A DNA stretch of 64,000 nucleotides from Nemertoderma westbladi (Eukaryota; Animalia; Xenacoelomorpha): contig JAUCBJ010002756.1 of NCBI GenBank assembly GCA_032718475.1, forward strand, positions 43,314 through 107,313. Direction: 5' to 3'. The notes beneath the pieces are model-generated. The model was not told where the DNA came from. It ran no database searches and saw only the letters and a list, made by a program, of their open reading frames with translations. Below are positions 1 through 10,687 of the stretch, piece by piece. A program made the position numbers and the translations under genes. How positions within the stretch are numbered: position 1 is the first letter of the stretch; each line of letters opens with the position of its first letter.

Positions 1-2
1 CT

Positions 3-3000
3 CCCGTATTTGATCCATCTGGAAAGAATCCAAACTATCGTCGGTGGAAGAAAGAAATCTTAGTTTGGGAATCGATAACAGAAACTTCAGCGGCGAAACA
101 AGCAGCTACAGTAATTCTTAATCTTCGTGGTGTTGCCAAAGATAAAGCTTTGGACTTAGACGTTCCCGCATTAGCAGTGGATGGCGGTTTAGCTTCTCTT
201 ATTAGACAATTGGATGAAACGTTTTTAAAAGAAAAAGAGGAAGATGCCTACAACAATTTTGTTATATTTCGGAATTTTTGTCGAAATTCCAATGAAAATG
301 TGCGTGACTTTGTGATAAAATTCGAGAGTATGGTGAGTAACCTAAAAGAATTTGGTCTTACGTTTGACGATTCTATTTTGGCGGCCGAATTGATACATAA
401 ATCCAATTTAAGTAATAGTGAGCGCAAAATGATTTTGGCAACTGCTAAACTTGAATTTAATGACGTGAAACGACATATTTTGAGAATGATGTCGGATATT
501 GGATCTGGTAATTCCAAGTTAGGCACCGATGAATCGAGATTTGATTCCGAAGAACTAAAAACTGAAATTGCTTTGGAGGCTAATTTTAGGAATAAGAAAC
601 CGTCACGTTTTCAATCCAAATCCAACCTAGGTACTGGCACCGGTAGATCGTTTAAGCCAAACTCGATAAACACCAGCAAACTACCTTTACCATTTACTAA
701 TTCAAATGTCAAGGGCCCTAATAAAAACAACCGCTGCCGAGTCTGCGATTCGATATATCACTTTCAACGGGATTGTCCTCATAAATCTCAATGTAATGTA
801 TGTGAGTCTGTACTCCATACAGATGATCTCTGTCCGCATAATGAATCAGAATCTGATAATGAAAAGATGCTCATTGGGTGTAGAGAAGATTCTGGAGATA
901 ATGAACGAAATGTTTACTTTCTTAAACATCTGTTTAAAAATAGCGTGTTTCTTGCAAAACCGACCAAGAAAACTAATAACTTCATTAGAAAAACAACTGA
1001 CATTTATGCCATTTTGGACACTGCTTGCACGAAGACTGTTTCTGGAACTGAATGGCTTGAAACTTATAAGGCTATATTCAATGTAAATCCTTCTTCTCGT
1101 ACCACTTATTCAGTATATATATTCGGCGGTGGAGAAGAAAAGATTGCAAAACAGAACTATATTCTTGATATTCCGGTTAATGATATTACGTATAAAATAT
1201 CTGTTGACGTTATAGAGGGATCATTGCCACTACTACTCTCTCGACCAACAATGGCCAAACTTCAGGTAATGCTAGATATTTCGGCAAATATTGCAACAAT
1301 TAATGGATCAGCAGTGCAACTTGTTGAGTTAATATCTGGTCACTGTGCGATTCCACTAATTCCAGGTGAAAGGCTTATGAATACTGCATTAATCACAGAT
1401 ACAGCTGATAAAAGAGCTGACAACGGTGATAATCGCATCGATTCTAGTGAAACCGAACGTGGGAAATTGCAGAATCCGAAATCTCAATTGCAGTTATCAT
1501 ATAAGGAGATTCTGAAACTTCATAAACAGTTCGCTCATCCGTCGAAACAAACGCTAATTAAGCTGATCGAACAGTCTGGCTTGTTTGTTGGTGAGTCCTA
1601 TATAACTTTTGTTGATGAAGTAATGAAGGATTGTGCTGAATGTAAAATACATGGAAGAAGAAAACCATCTAATCCAATTGTTTCACTGCCTCTTGGCAAA
1701 ACATGTAACGATATTATCGGTTTAGATTTATTTTTTATGGAAGAGTTGAATTATAGCCATGGTAAGCCCGTTCTTCACGTTGTAGACTTATTCTCTCGCT
1801 ATAGTATGACAATGATACTGCCAAATAAATTGTCCACAAGTGTTCAGAGTGCATTATTGGATAAATGGTGTTCTATTTTTGGTCCACCTAACAAATCAGT
1901 CTTCACAGATAATGGTGGCGAGTTCGTTGCTATAAGCTTTACTGAGTTGTGCAATAAGCTTAATATGACACATGATGTTACGGCACCATACTCTCCATTC
2001 AGCAACGGAATAACGGAGAGACATAATGGTTTAATTAAGGATATATATTGTCGAATAAAATCGGATAATCAGAGCTATTCTGATTATAAAATATTAACTA
2101 TGGCTACGTTTGTAAAGAATGCTTGGCCAAATCATAATGGCTTTTCTCCACACCAAATAATGTTTGGCAGGGGCCCGAATATAGGAGGAGTTTTGACGGA
2201 CAACTTATGTGCTTTAGATAATTCACAATCAGTTAGCAAATCTGTTATTGAACATATCGCTTTGTTGAATGATGTGAGGGAACAATTTGCAAAATCGGAT
2301 GCTTCTAGTCGGGTTCGTAGAGCATTACAAAGAAACATACGACCATCTAATAGTGAGGTTGTCAATGGAGATGCAGTATATTATTATAACACTGCGGGCA
2401 AGTGGTGTGGTCCAGCGAAGGTTGTTGCTGTTAAAGGTTCGGAAATACTTGTTGGTCATGGCTCTCGCTATATCCGTTGTCATAGATCAGAAATTAAGCT
2501 ACACGATAGTGCCAAACTGGGATTTGGAAGTGAGTTCAAAGAAACCGAAGACACAGACATGATAGTTGAAGATTATAGCCACTCAGGAAGTGTTGGCACT
2601 TCTGATCCAGAAGAATTACCGGCGATAAATAAAGTCAAACAAGTCAATCCCAATGGTTCAACTTCTGAGTCATACTCTGACAATTTGAATGCGTCCAGTG
2701 CTAATTACGATGACGCAATGATGCCGTCTATGGAATCGACTAGTATTGATAATTGTGAGGTCATGGAAGAACCAATTCTTTCGGAAGTTTCTTCGAAATA
2801 TCCTACAAGAGAGCGCAAACCGCCAGAGTTCTATGGTTATTTTGGCGAACAAAGACCTACACCTTTGCTAGACACTGAGGCAGCCAAGGAACAGGAACTG
2901 TTAAACTGGCTGCAGAATGATGTATATACGGAAGTCTATGAAGTTCCTAGTAAAGCTAATATTGTTCAGACTCGCTGGGTTATTACGGAGAAAGATGTGG

Positions 3001-4382
3001 AAGGTATAAAATTTACAAAGGCCCGTTTGGTAGTTAAAGGATTTCAGGATAAAGAAGATCCAATCTCATTTTCGCCAACTTGTGACAAGACATCGATACG
3101 AACTCTGTTATCCATGGCTTCTTTATTTAAGTGGGATTTGTGGGTCATTGATATTAAAACGGCCTTTCTTCAGAGTAATAACTTTGATAGTGATCGAGTT
3201 ATTTATGCTGTACCACCTCCAGAGTACATAAACAAATTAAGCACCAAATCAAAAGAAATCAAAGCTGCAAATGTATTCTGGAAATTAAATAAAGCCGTCT
3301 ATGGGTTACAGGATGCCTGTAGGTATTGCTATCATAAGTTGCAGGAAGAGCTGTTTGTACTGGGTAACTTTCAAAACCAATTTGATCCAGCGTTGTATAC
3401 AAATTATGATGAACATGATAGACTTGTTGGTATGATAGCAACACACGTTGATGACCTTCTCATAGGTGGTGTGAATGGTCTTCCTAAGGTTCGTGAAGGC
3501 ATTGCACAATTGTTGAAAGTGGGTAAAGTCCGGCGAATCAAAGATACATGGACTAAGTTTCTGGGAGTATGCATTCGCCAGCTAGATAATGGTAGTTATG
3601 AAATATCACAAGAACAGTATATTGAAGGCATTGATTTTGAGGTTATTGACAAAGATAGTGAGTTATCGTGCAAATCATATTTCAAATCAACATTGGGGAA
3701 GCTAATGTGGGTTTCAACAAACACTAGACCAGATATCGGATTTATTGTAGGGAGTTTATCTCAGATTAACTCTCCAAACGCGGACGATATCGCGTTATTA
3801 AACAAAACAGTAAGGAAGATAAAGTCTGAAAAGGTTATATTGAAATATTACCATCCAGAAACTGCAGATCCTCCCGAAGCAGTGCGTTCAACAATTCCTA
3901 ATCTTTATGTATTCGTTGATTCTTCGTTTGGTAACCCGTCTCGCTTAGCTATCTATATTTTCTGGGGACATTATTTGTTATATTGGGCTAGCCGTTGTTG
4001 TCGGCGTGTTACTAAAAGTACATTATCTGCCGAGACGTTTGCCCTGGTAGAGGGTGTCGATATGGGTCGATATATTCAGATGTTTATGAAGTCTATATTG
4101 CGATCTGATCTAATTGATTGTCATTTTTACTCCGATCACAAAGGATTGGTTCAGGATTTATATAATGGGAAGATTCCGATAGAGAAACGACTGGCAATTG
4201 ACTTTGCATTTATTAAAGAACTCGTGGTTGATATTGAAAAACTGAAATGGATTCCAACAAAGTTGCAGATTGCTGATACACTGACCAAAGCAAAAAGTCA
4301 GTCCGTTGTTTTATTAAAACGCATATTGAACGACCCGTTTGTGATGTATGAGCTTTTGGAAAATCTAACTGGTCATGTTTGA
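3..4382 (+). CDS. Gag-Pol polyprotein of a Copia/GalEa-like element, 5'-partial
   Basis: Frame is open from base 3 (PVFDPSGKNPNYRRWKKEILVWESIT...KQAATVILNLRG), so TTG150 is not the true start. Motifs: two CX2CX4HX4C knuckles, protease LDTAC, integrase HKQFAH..CAEC and DLF/TDNGGEF/NGITE, RT QTRWV..KARLVVKGFQ..HVDD, RNase H FVDSSF..TLSAE..SDHK..IADTLTK. HVDD (not YVDD) and the Gag N-terminus fit the GalEa clade. Confidence 0.95.
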   Translation, partial: PVFDPSGKNPNYRRWKKEILVWESITETSAAKQAATVILNLRGVAKDKALDLDVPALAVDGGLASLIRQLDETFLKEKEEDAYNNFVIFRNFCRNSNENVRDFVIKFESMVSNLKEFGLTFDDSILAAELIHKSNLSNSERKMILATAKLEFNDVKRHILRMMSDIGSGNSKLGTDESRFDSEELKTEIALEANFRNKKPSRFQSKSNLGTGTGRSFKPNSINTSKLPLPFTNSNVKGPNKNNRCRVCDSIYHFQRDCPHKSQCNVCESVLHTDDLCPHNESESDNEKMLIGCREDSGDNERNVYFLKHLFKNSVFLAKPTKKTNNFIRKTTDIYAILDTACTKTVSGTEWLETYKAIFNVNPSSRTTYSVYIFGGGEEKIAKQNYILDIPVNDITYKISVDVIEGSLPLLLSRPTMAKLQVMLDISANIATINGSAVQLVELISGHCAIPLIPGERLMNTALITDTADKRADNGDNRIDSSETERGKLQNPKSQLQLSYKEILKLHKQFAHPSKQTLIKLIEQSGLFVGESYITFVDEVMKDCAECKIHGRRKPSNPIVSLPLGKTCNDIIGLDLFFMEELNYSHGKPVLHVVDLFSRYSMTMILPNKLSTSVQSALLDKWCSIFGPPNKSVFTDNGGEFVAISFTELCNKLNMTHDVTAPYSPFSNGITERHNGLIKDIYCRIKSDNQSYSDYKILTMATFVKNAWPNHNGFSPHQIMFGRGPNIGGVLTDNLCALDNSQSVSKSVIEHIALLNDVREQFAKSDASSRVRRALQRNIRPSNSEVVNGDAVYYYNTAGKWCGPAKVVAVKGSEILVGHGSRYIRCHRSEIKLHDSAKLGFGSEFKETEDTDMIVEDYSHSGSVGTSDPEELPAINKVKQVNPNGSTSESYSDNLNASSANYDDAMMPSMESTSIDNCEVMEEPILSEVSSKYPTRERKPPEFYGYFGEQRPTPLLDTEAAKEQELLNWLQNDVYTEVYEVPSKANIVQTRWVITEKDVEGIKFTKARLVVKGFQDKEDPISFSPTCDKTSIRTLLSMASLFKWDLWVIDIKTAFLQSNNFDSDRVIYAVPPPEYINKLSTKSKEIKAANVFWKLNKAVYGLQDACRYCYHKLQEELFVLGNFQNQFDPALYTNYDEHDRLVGMIATHVDDLLIGGVNGLPKVREGIAQLLKVGKVRRIKDTWTKFLGVCIRQLDNGSYEISQEQYIEGIDFEVIDKDSELSCKSYFKSTLGKLMWVSTNTRPDIGFIVGSLSQINSPNADDIALLNKTVRKIKSEKVILKYYHPETADPPEAVRSTIPNLYVFVDSSFGNPSRLAIYIFWGHYLLYWASRCCRRVTKSTLSAETFALVEGVDMGRYIQMFMKSILRSDLIDCHFYSDHKGLVQDLYNGKIPIEKRLAIDFAFIKELVVDIEKLKWIPTKLQIADTLTKAKSQSVVLLKRILNDPFVMYELLENLTGHV

Positions 4383-4542
4383 CAAGCCGATAGCATAAAT
4401 TTCAATGAATGTAACAAACTGAAAGTAACTAATTGAATGACTATCCGATTTGTATTTGTACAAGTTGAAACTTAAGACCATAATTGACTTATGGCCAGAA
4501 TAGTTTTTTTTTTATAGTTAGAATTTATTTGTGGAACAAACT

Positions 4543-4568
4543 AAAAAAAAAAGGAAAGAAACGGAAGA
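4543..4568 (+). promoter_or_regulatory. Polypurine tract (plus-strand primer)
   Basis: A10-GGAAAGAAACGGAAGA immediately before the TG that starts the LTR. Confidence 0.8.
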
Positions 4569-4569
4569 T

Positions 4570-4770
4570 TGTTAATACTGTAGACAGTACCTGGATGACT
4601 GTATGTGTTAGTTACTGATATAGGTACGGTAGTATGGTTACCGCGTACCGGTAATCAGTAGGCTACAGTTCATGATTCCACATCTAACTGGATTCAACTG
4701 TCTGACTATATATATTGGTTAAACTGTAATATAATAACTCGATCAAACTGATTATTATTCTCATATAACA
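4570..4770 (+). repeat. 3' LTR, 201 bp
   Basis: Starts TGTTA right after the PPT and ends TAACA (5-bp inverted termini). TATA-like TATATATA near 4707. Satellite sequence begins abruptly at 4771. The partner LTR is not in the window. Confidence 0.85.
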
Positions 4771-6665
4771 AACCCTTCCACTCTGTTTCCTAAAGGAATG
4801 CCTGTTCACCACTATGGGTGATCTTCCACAGTAAACCATTCCAATGTTTCCTAAAGGAATGCCTGTTCACCACCATGGGCGTTCTTCCACAGTAAACCCT
4901 TCCACTCTGTTTCCTAAAATAATGCCTGTTCACCACCATGGGTGATCTTCCGCAGTAAGCCCTTCCACTCTGTTTCCTAAAATAATGCCTGTTCACCACC
5001 ATGGGTGATCTTCCACAGTACGCCCTTCCACTCTGTTTCCTAAAGGAATGCCTGTTCACCACCATGGGTGATCTTCCACAGTAAGCCCTTCCACTCTGTT
5101 TCCCAAAGTAATGCCTGTAAACCACCATGGGTGATCTTCCACAGTACGCCCTTCCACTCTGTTTCCCAAAGTAATGCCTGTAAACCACCACGGGTGATCT
5201 TCCACAATACGCCCTTCCACTCTGTTTCCCAAAGTAATGCCTGTAAACCACCATGGGTGATCTTCCACAGTACGCCCTTCCACTCTGTTTCCCAAAATAA
5301 TGCCTGTTCACCACCATGGGTGATCTTCCACAGTACGCCCTTCCACTCTGTTTCCTAAAGGAATGCCTGTTCACCACCATGGGCGTTCTTCCACAGTAAA
5401 ACCTTCCACTCTGTTTCCTAAATGAATGCCGGTTCACCACCATGGGTTATCTTCCAGAGTACGCCCTTCCACTCTGTTTCCTAAATGAATGCCTGTTCAC
5501 CACCATGGGTGATCTTCCACAGTAAACCCTTCCACTCTGTTCCCAAAATACTGCCTGTTCATGACCATGGGTGATCTTCCACTGTAAACCCTTCCACTCT
5601 GGTTCCCAAAGTAATGCCTGGTCACCACCATGGGTGATCTTGCACAGTCAACCCTTCCACTCTGTTTCCCAAAATAATGCCTGTTCACCACCATGGGTTA
5701 TCTTCCAGAGTAAGCCCTTCCACTCTGTTTCCCAATGTAATGCCTGTTCACCACCATGGGTGATCTTCCACAGTAAACCCTTCCACTCTGTTCCCAAAAT
5801 ACTGCCTGTTCATGACCATGGGTGATCTTCCACTGTAAACCCTTCCACTCTGGTTCCCAAAGTAATGCCTGGTCACCACCATGGGTGATCTTGCACAGTC
5901 AACCCTTCCACTCTGTTTCCCAAAATAATGCCTGTTCACCACCATGGGTGATCTTCCACAGTTAGCCCTTCCACTCTGTTTCACAAAATAATGCCTGTTC
6001 ACCACCATGGGTGATCTTCCACTGTAAACACTTCCACTCTGTTTCCCAAAGTAATGCCTGTTCACCACCATGGGTGATCTTATACAGTAAACCCTTCCAC
6101 TCTGTTCCCAAAATAATGCCTGTTCATGACCATGGGTGATCTTCCACTGTAAACCCTTCCACTCTGGTTCCCAAAGTAATGCCTGGTCACCACCATGGGT
6201 GATCTTAACAATCAACCCTTCCACTCTGTTTCCTAAAATAATGCCTGTTCACCACCATGGGTTATCTTCCACAGTAAGCCCTTCCATTCTGTTTCCCAAA
6301 ATAATGCCTGTTCACCACCATGGGTTATCTTCCACAGTAAGCCCTTCCATTCTGATTCCCAAAATAATGGCTGTTCACCACCATGGGTGATCTTCCGCAG
6401 TAAGCCCTTCCACTCTGTTTCCCAAAATAATGCATGTTCACCACCATGGGTGATCTTCCGCAGTAAGCCCTTCCACTCTGTTTCCTAAAGGAATGCCTGT
6501 TCACCACCATGGGTGATCTTCCACAGTACGCCCTTACACTCTGTTTCCCAAAATAATGCCTGTTCACCGTCATGGGTAATCTTCCACAGTAAGCCCTTCC
6601 ACTCTGTTTCCTAAAATAATGACTGTTCACCATCATTGGTGATCTTCCACAGTACGCCCTTCCAC
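4771..6665. repeat. 63-bp tandem repeat, ~30 copies
   Basis: Unit AACCCTTCCACTCTGTTTCCYAAARKAATGCCTGTTCACCACCATGGGTGATCTTCCACAGTA; period 63 (4771, 4834); local 251-bp four-monomer duplication (5497 vs 5748). Confidence 0.97.
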
Positions 6666-6794
6666 CTAGAGTGAAAGGATTTCAATTCATTATGGTTAAA
6701 TAATAACTGCAGTGTAACTTTTTAGATATCGTCGCGTCGGAGACTTTTTTTTTGTAGTTAAAGAATTAAAGCGAAAATAAAAATTCTGAGTCAT

Positions 6795-6927
6795 CCAGTA
6801 AGGAGAAGAGAGGGACTCTATACCAGTAAGGAGAAGAGAGGGACTCTATACCAGTAAGGAGGAGAGAGGGACTCTATACCAGTAAGGAGGAAAGAGGGAC
6901 GCTATATCAGTAAGGAGGAGAGAGAGA
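6795..6927. repeat. 28-bp minisatellite, ~4.7 copies
   Basis: CCAGTAAGGAGAAGAGAGGGACTCTATA at 6795, 6823, 6851, 6879, 6907. Confidence 0.95.
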
Positions 6928-6978
6928 CGGGTGTAATATTTACAAAGTTAACAGTGGCTGGCCGGTCGCGGTACAAAC

Positions 6979-7142
6979 CTGAGAACAAATCCCGCCGAAT
7001 CAATTCGTCTGCGTTTCTGTTAGCGAACAGTTGCGAAGTATCCCACTTAGCTGGATGCGCTGACGGAACGGAATTAATCGGCAAATCGTGTTGGCTGAAC
7101 GCAAATCCTCCTCCCACAAACAGTTGGGTATCCTTATGATGG
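6979..7142 (-). CDS. Putative exon 7 of an uncharacterised minus-strand gene; 3' end uncertain
   Basis: Strong acceptor TACTTTGTTTTTCCAG| at 7143; open frame HHKDTQLFVGGGFAFSQHDLP...RRDLFS; candidate donor CAG|GTTTGT at 6978, or read-through to the stop at 6902. Confidence 0.5.
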
Positions 7143-7332
7143 CTGGAAAAACAAAGTACAGTAATAGTAATAGTATCAGACACATAGACGGATTTCAATT
7201 TATGCGCATACACCTATGGAGATGCACTTATATTTATCAGGTTACTTAGCCAGATCCTCATAGTCCGATGTTACATTTACGAAATTTCAAATATTCATAA
7301 ACTATATTATGTATTCGACCCAGCCAGGCCTC

Positions 7333-7990
7333 AGTACACGTCCCTCACTCACTCCATAGCATATACAGCTGCGTGGGTCTACTAACCAACTACTGTAGTA
7401 CACATACAGCTGCCCGAGTCTCCTAACCAACTACTGTAGTACACATACAGCTGCCTGGGTCTCCTAACCAACTACTGTAGTACACGTCCCTCACCCACTC
7501 CATAGCATATACAGCTGTGAGGGTCTCCTAACCAACTACTGTAGTACACGTCCCTCACTCACTCCATAACATATACAGCTGTGCGGGTCTCCTAACCAAC
7601 TACTGTAGTACACATACAGCTGCCCGGGTCTCCTAGCCAACTACTGTAGTACACATACAGCTGCCCGGGTCTCCTAACCAACTACTGTAGTACACGACCC
7701 TCACTCACTCCATAGCATATACAGCTGCCCGGGTCTCCTAACCAACTACTGTAGTACACGTCCCTCACTCACTCCATAGCACATACAGCTGTGAGGGTCC
7801 CCTAACCAACTACAGTAGTACACGTCCCTCACTCACTCCATAGCATATACAGCTGTGAGGGTCTCCTAACCAACTACTGTAGTACAAGCCCCTCACTCAC
7901 TCCATAACATATACAGCTGCGTGGGTCTCCTAACCAACTACACTGTAGTATACGACCCTCACTCACTCCATAACATAAGCTGCTGTGCGT
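7333..7990. repeat. Compound minisatellite of 41-bp and 64-bp units
   Basis: Core CAGCTGCCCGGGTCTCCTAACCAACTACTGTAGTACACATA, with or without a 23-bp insert GTCCCTCACTCACTCCATAGCAT. Confidence 0.93.
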
Positions 7991-8190
7991 GGTCTTACAA
8001 CCAGTCGCGACGAATTTCCTCTCCTTAATGCGTTCGCCGATTGTTCTCGAGAAGTCGCTGGTCTGACGTCCAATCGCCTCGCATTTCCCACTCGCGGGTA
8101 ATTTGTCGATATCTGGCGAGTTGTTCCTGGTCGTCCAACATTTTTGACGGAAAAGAAACTTCCCAACTGTTGCCGGGGATCCTTATGCAT
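7967..8190 (-). CDS. Putative exon 6
   Basis: Acceptor TATACAG| at 8191; open frame MHKDPRQQLG...VRPATSRE...RPRTAAYVM; donor GA|GTGAGT at 7966 gives phase 2, matching exon 7. Confidence 0.45.
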
Positions 8191-8952
8191 CTGTATACTA
8201 TACTATACAGGCTTACAGGCTGCTGTTTCCAATTATAGAACATAAAGGATCAGCCTCATATAAATATCGTCTGCCAGTATTAATTTAAATTGAATTTTCC
8301 CCTTAAATATTCTGTATGTTAATATTAACTGTATTAAGGAAGTACAAAGGTTTATAATAATTACAGATACGGGGTGACTCTCGACGCAGTCCAAAAAACC
8401 CATCCCGGTAAAATCGATGCAAATACTCGCAGACAGCAAAAATTAAACTGCAACTTGTGTTCTTGACCATGGTTTATTGTTTTAATTTGAAAGTGATCGG
8501 CCGCACAATAGTGCAACGGCGGCAGACCCAAAAACAAAGTCACCCCAAATCACTCAGGTAGTCATGCACTAGGTCCTCCAGTCGTCTATGTTGGTAAAAA
8601 GGCGAAGAAAAAATATTGACTGGCAACCAGCATGTCTCTCCGGTTGCCAGATAACGAGGTTGCCATAACACAAGGTGTGAATAGGCGATGACAGTGTCCG
8701 GTTAGTTTCAATGAGCATGTTTGCATGGCATAGCAGGGCGGGTTTCGACAATTGCGTGCCACTATAAGTGTATAGTAAAACATTGCTTTACATACAGTAT
8801 ATGCGTGGCATATCCAACATGGTGTACCCTTGGAAACATTCTGGTAGATACACCATACTGTGATCTGTTGTCCTCAGTAGTAACAGCCTTGTAACCGTTA
8901 AGGAGTTATTAATTCAACTCAACTGCTCTTGTATCCAGACCCTGGAACTCAC

Positions 8953-9080
8953 GTTGACGGAATATCATGCGAACTGAAGTCGTCAACGTGACCTTCTCAG
9001 CTCCATTCGGGTTTTTATTGCTATCGATAAACTTCTTATGTTCAGAATTATTGTCCACTATCAAGTAGTTGGTCTCCTTG
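8953..9080 (-). CDS. Putative exon 5; donor ambiguous (8952 or 8992)
   Basis: Acceptor TCCTATGTCTTTTTGTAACAG|; only one frame is open (KETNYLIVDNNSEHKKFIDSNKNPNGAEK...) and it matches the phase-2 end of exon 4; donors AAC|GTGAGT (8952) or AAG|GTCACG (8992). Confidence 0.6.
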
Positions 9081-9639
9081 CTGTTACAAAAAGACATAGG
9101 AAGCTTATTCTAAGTTGTGAACAACTTTAGAGCTCTCACTAATGCCTCTGACAGAATAACACGAAGTGGGGCCTTCGCGCAGCACGTGACTTAAATTTAA
9201 TTTAAGTACTAATTCGAAAGTATTACTGTATTAGCAAATTTTAAGCAGATTTCGCCTAATCACTTTTTACCTCTTTCATTTCTATTCAGACATTTCTGAC
9301 TCTAGCGGTATAGTGAGAACTGAAGATGGATTAGGGTCTCCAGCCCCACAAAGACACAGCCTATGGATGAATAGTACATACGTACATCGGCCAAGTTTCA
9401 TCTTGAATAACGGATAACGAAATGAGAGACGGATCTCACTTTCAGAAATTTCGTCGTATAGCGGCAGACCGATTAAATCTCCCCCCCCCCCCCCCACAAA
9501 GACGCAGCATGTGGTCCAGAATATATGGCAAGATTCAGCTTAAACTGATTAAAATCAATGAGACGGGAGAATCTATTCACTTTCAGGCATAAAGTAGTCC
9601 TATAGCGGGTGACTGTTGAACTGATTTTCAACAAAACAA

Positions 9640-10615
9640 ATTTTCAACTTGGCAGCTTTAAATTCGACAAAGTTATAAGCATGTCAATATCATAACGACG
9701 ACAACGATTTCACTTTCAGACCTTTGGCCCTCTAGCGGCAGACTGGAGAACTGCAGATGGATTCGCCTCCTTTGAAAGTCACAGCTAATGGTCTAATACA
9801 TATCTGCCAAGTTTCAGCTTAAACGGATTAAAAGCAAAGAAATGGGAGGGCATTTAATGTTTAGACATGTGGCCCTCTAGCGGGAGACCATTGCACTGAT
9901 GGTGTCTGAAAGTCTCTCAAAAATCTCAACTTTTGCTCATATTGATACCTAGAAATTTTCAACTTGGCAGCTTTAAATCCGACAAAGTTATTAGCATGTC
10001 AAAATCGACGATTTCACTTTCAGACCTTTGGCCCTCTAGCGGCAGACTGGAGAACTGCAGATGGATTCGCCTCCTTTGAAAGTCACAGCTAATGGTCTAA
10101 TACATATCTGCCAAGTTTCAGCTTAAACGGATTAAAAGCAAAGAAATGGGAGGGCATTTAATGTTTAGACATGTGGCCCTCTAGCGGGAGACCATTGCAC
10201 TGATGGTGTCTGAAAGTGTCTCAAAAATCTCAACTTTAGCTCATATTGATACCTAGAAATTTTCAACTTGGCAGCTTTAAATCCGACAAAGTTATTAGCA
10301 TGTCAAAATCGACGATTTCACTTTCAGACCTTTGGCCCTCTAGCGGCAGACTGGAGAACTGCAGATGGATTCGCCTCCTTTGAAAGTCACAGCTAATGGT
10401 CTAATACATATCTGCCAAGTTTCAGCTTAAACGGATTAAAAGCAAAGAAATGGGAGGGCATTTAATGTTTAGACATGTGGCCCTCTAGCGGGAGACCATT
10501 GCACTGATGGTGTCTGAAAGTCTCTCAAAAATCTCAACTTTTGCTCATATTGATACCTACAAATTTTCAACTTGGCAGCTTTAAATCCGACAAAGTTATT
10601 AGCATGTCAAAATCG
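9640..10615. repeat. 304-bp tandem repeat, ~3.2 near-identical copies, with decayed ~145-bp subunits back to ~9280
   Basis: CACTTTCAGACCTTTGGCCCTCTAGCGG at 9711, 10015, 10319; each unit has two related halves sharing TGGCCCTCTAGCGG. Confidence 0.95.
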
Positions 10616-10617
10616 TA

Positions 10618-10634
10618 ACGACGACGACGACGAC

Positions 10635-10666
<32 letters not shown>

Positions 10667-10687
10667 CGACAACGACGACGACGACAA
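10618..10687. repeat. (ACG)n microsatellite with ACA interruptions
   Basis: Read directly. Confidence 0.97.

Larger units (their letters stand above)
1..4770 (+). mobile_element. Ty1/Copia LTR retrotransposon, GalEa-like; 5' LTR and PBS lie upstream of the window
   Basis: Single gag-pol ORF in Copia order (Gag-PR-IN-RT-RH), then a polypurine tract and a TG...CA LTR ending at 4770. Confidence 0.95.

Noticed and set aside
248-3509. Short overlapping or antisense ORFs inside gag-pol
   Set aside because: Shadow ORFs with no motifs.
4790-6636. Repeat ORFs in the 63-bp array
   Set aside because: The unit length is a multiple of 3; frames are open on both strands and broken by indels.
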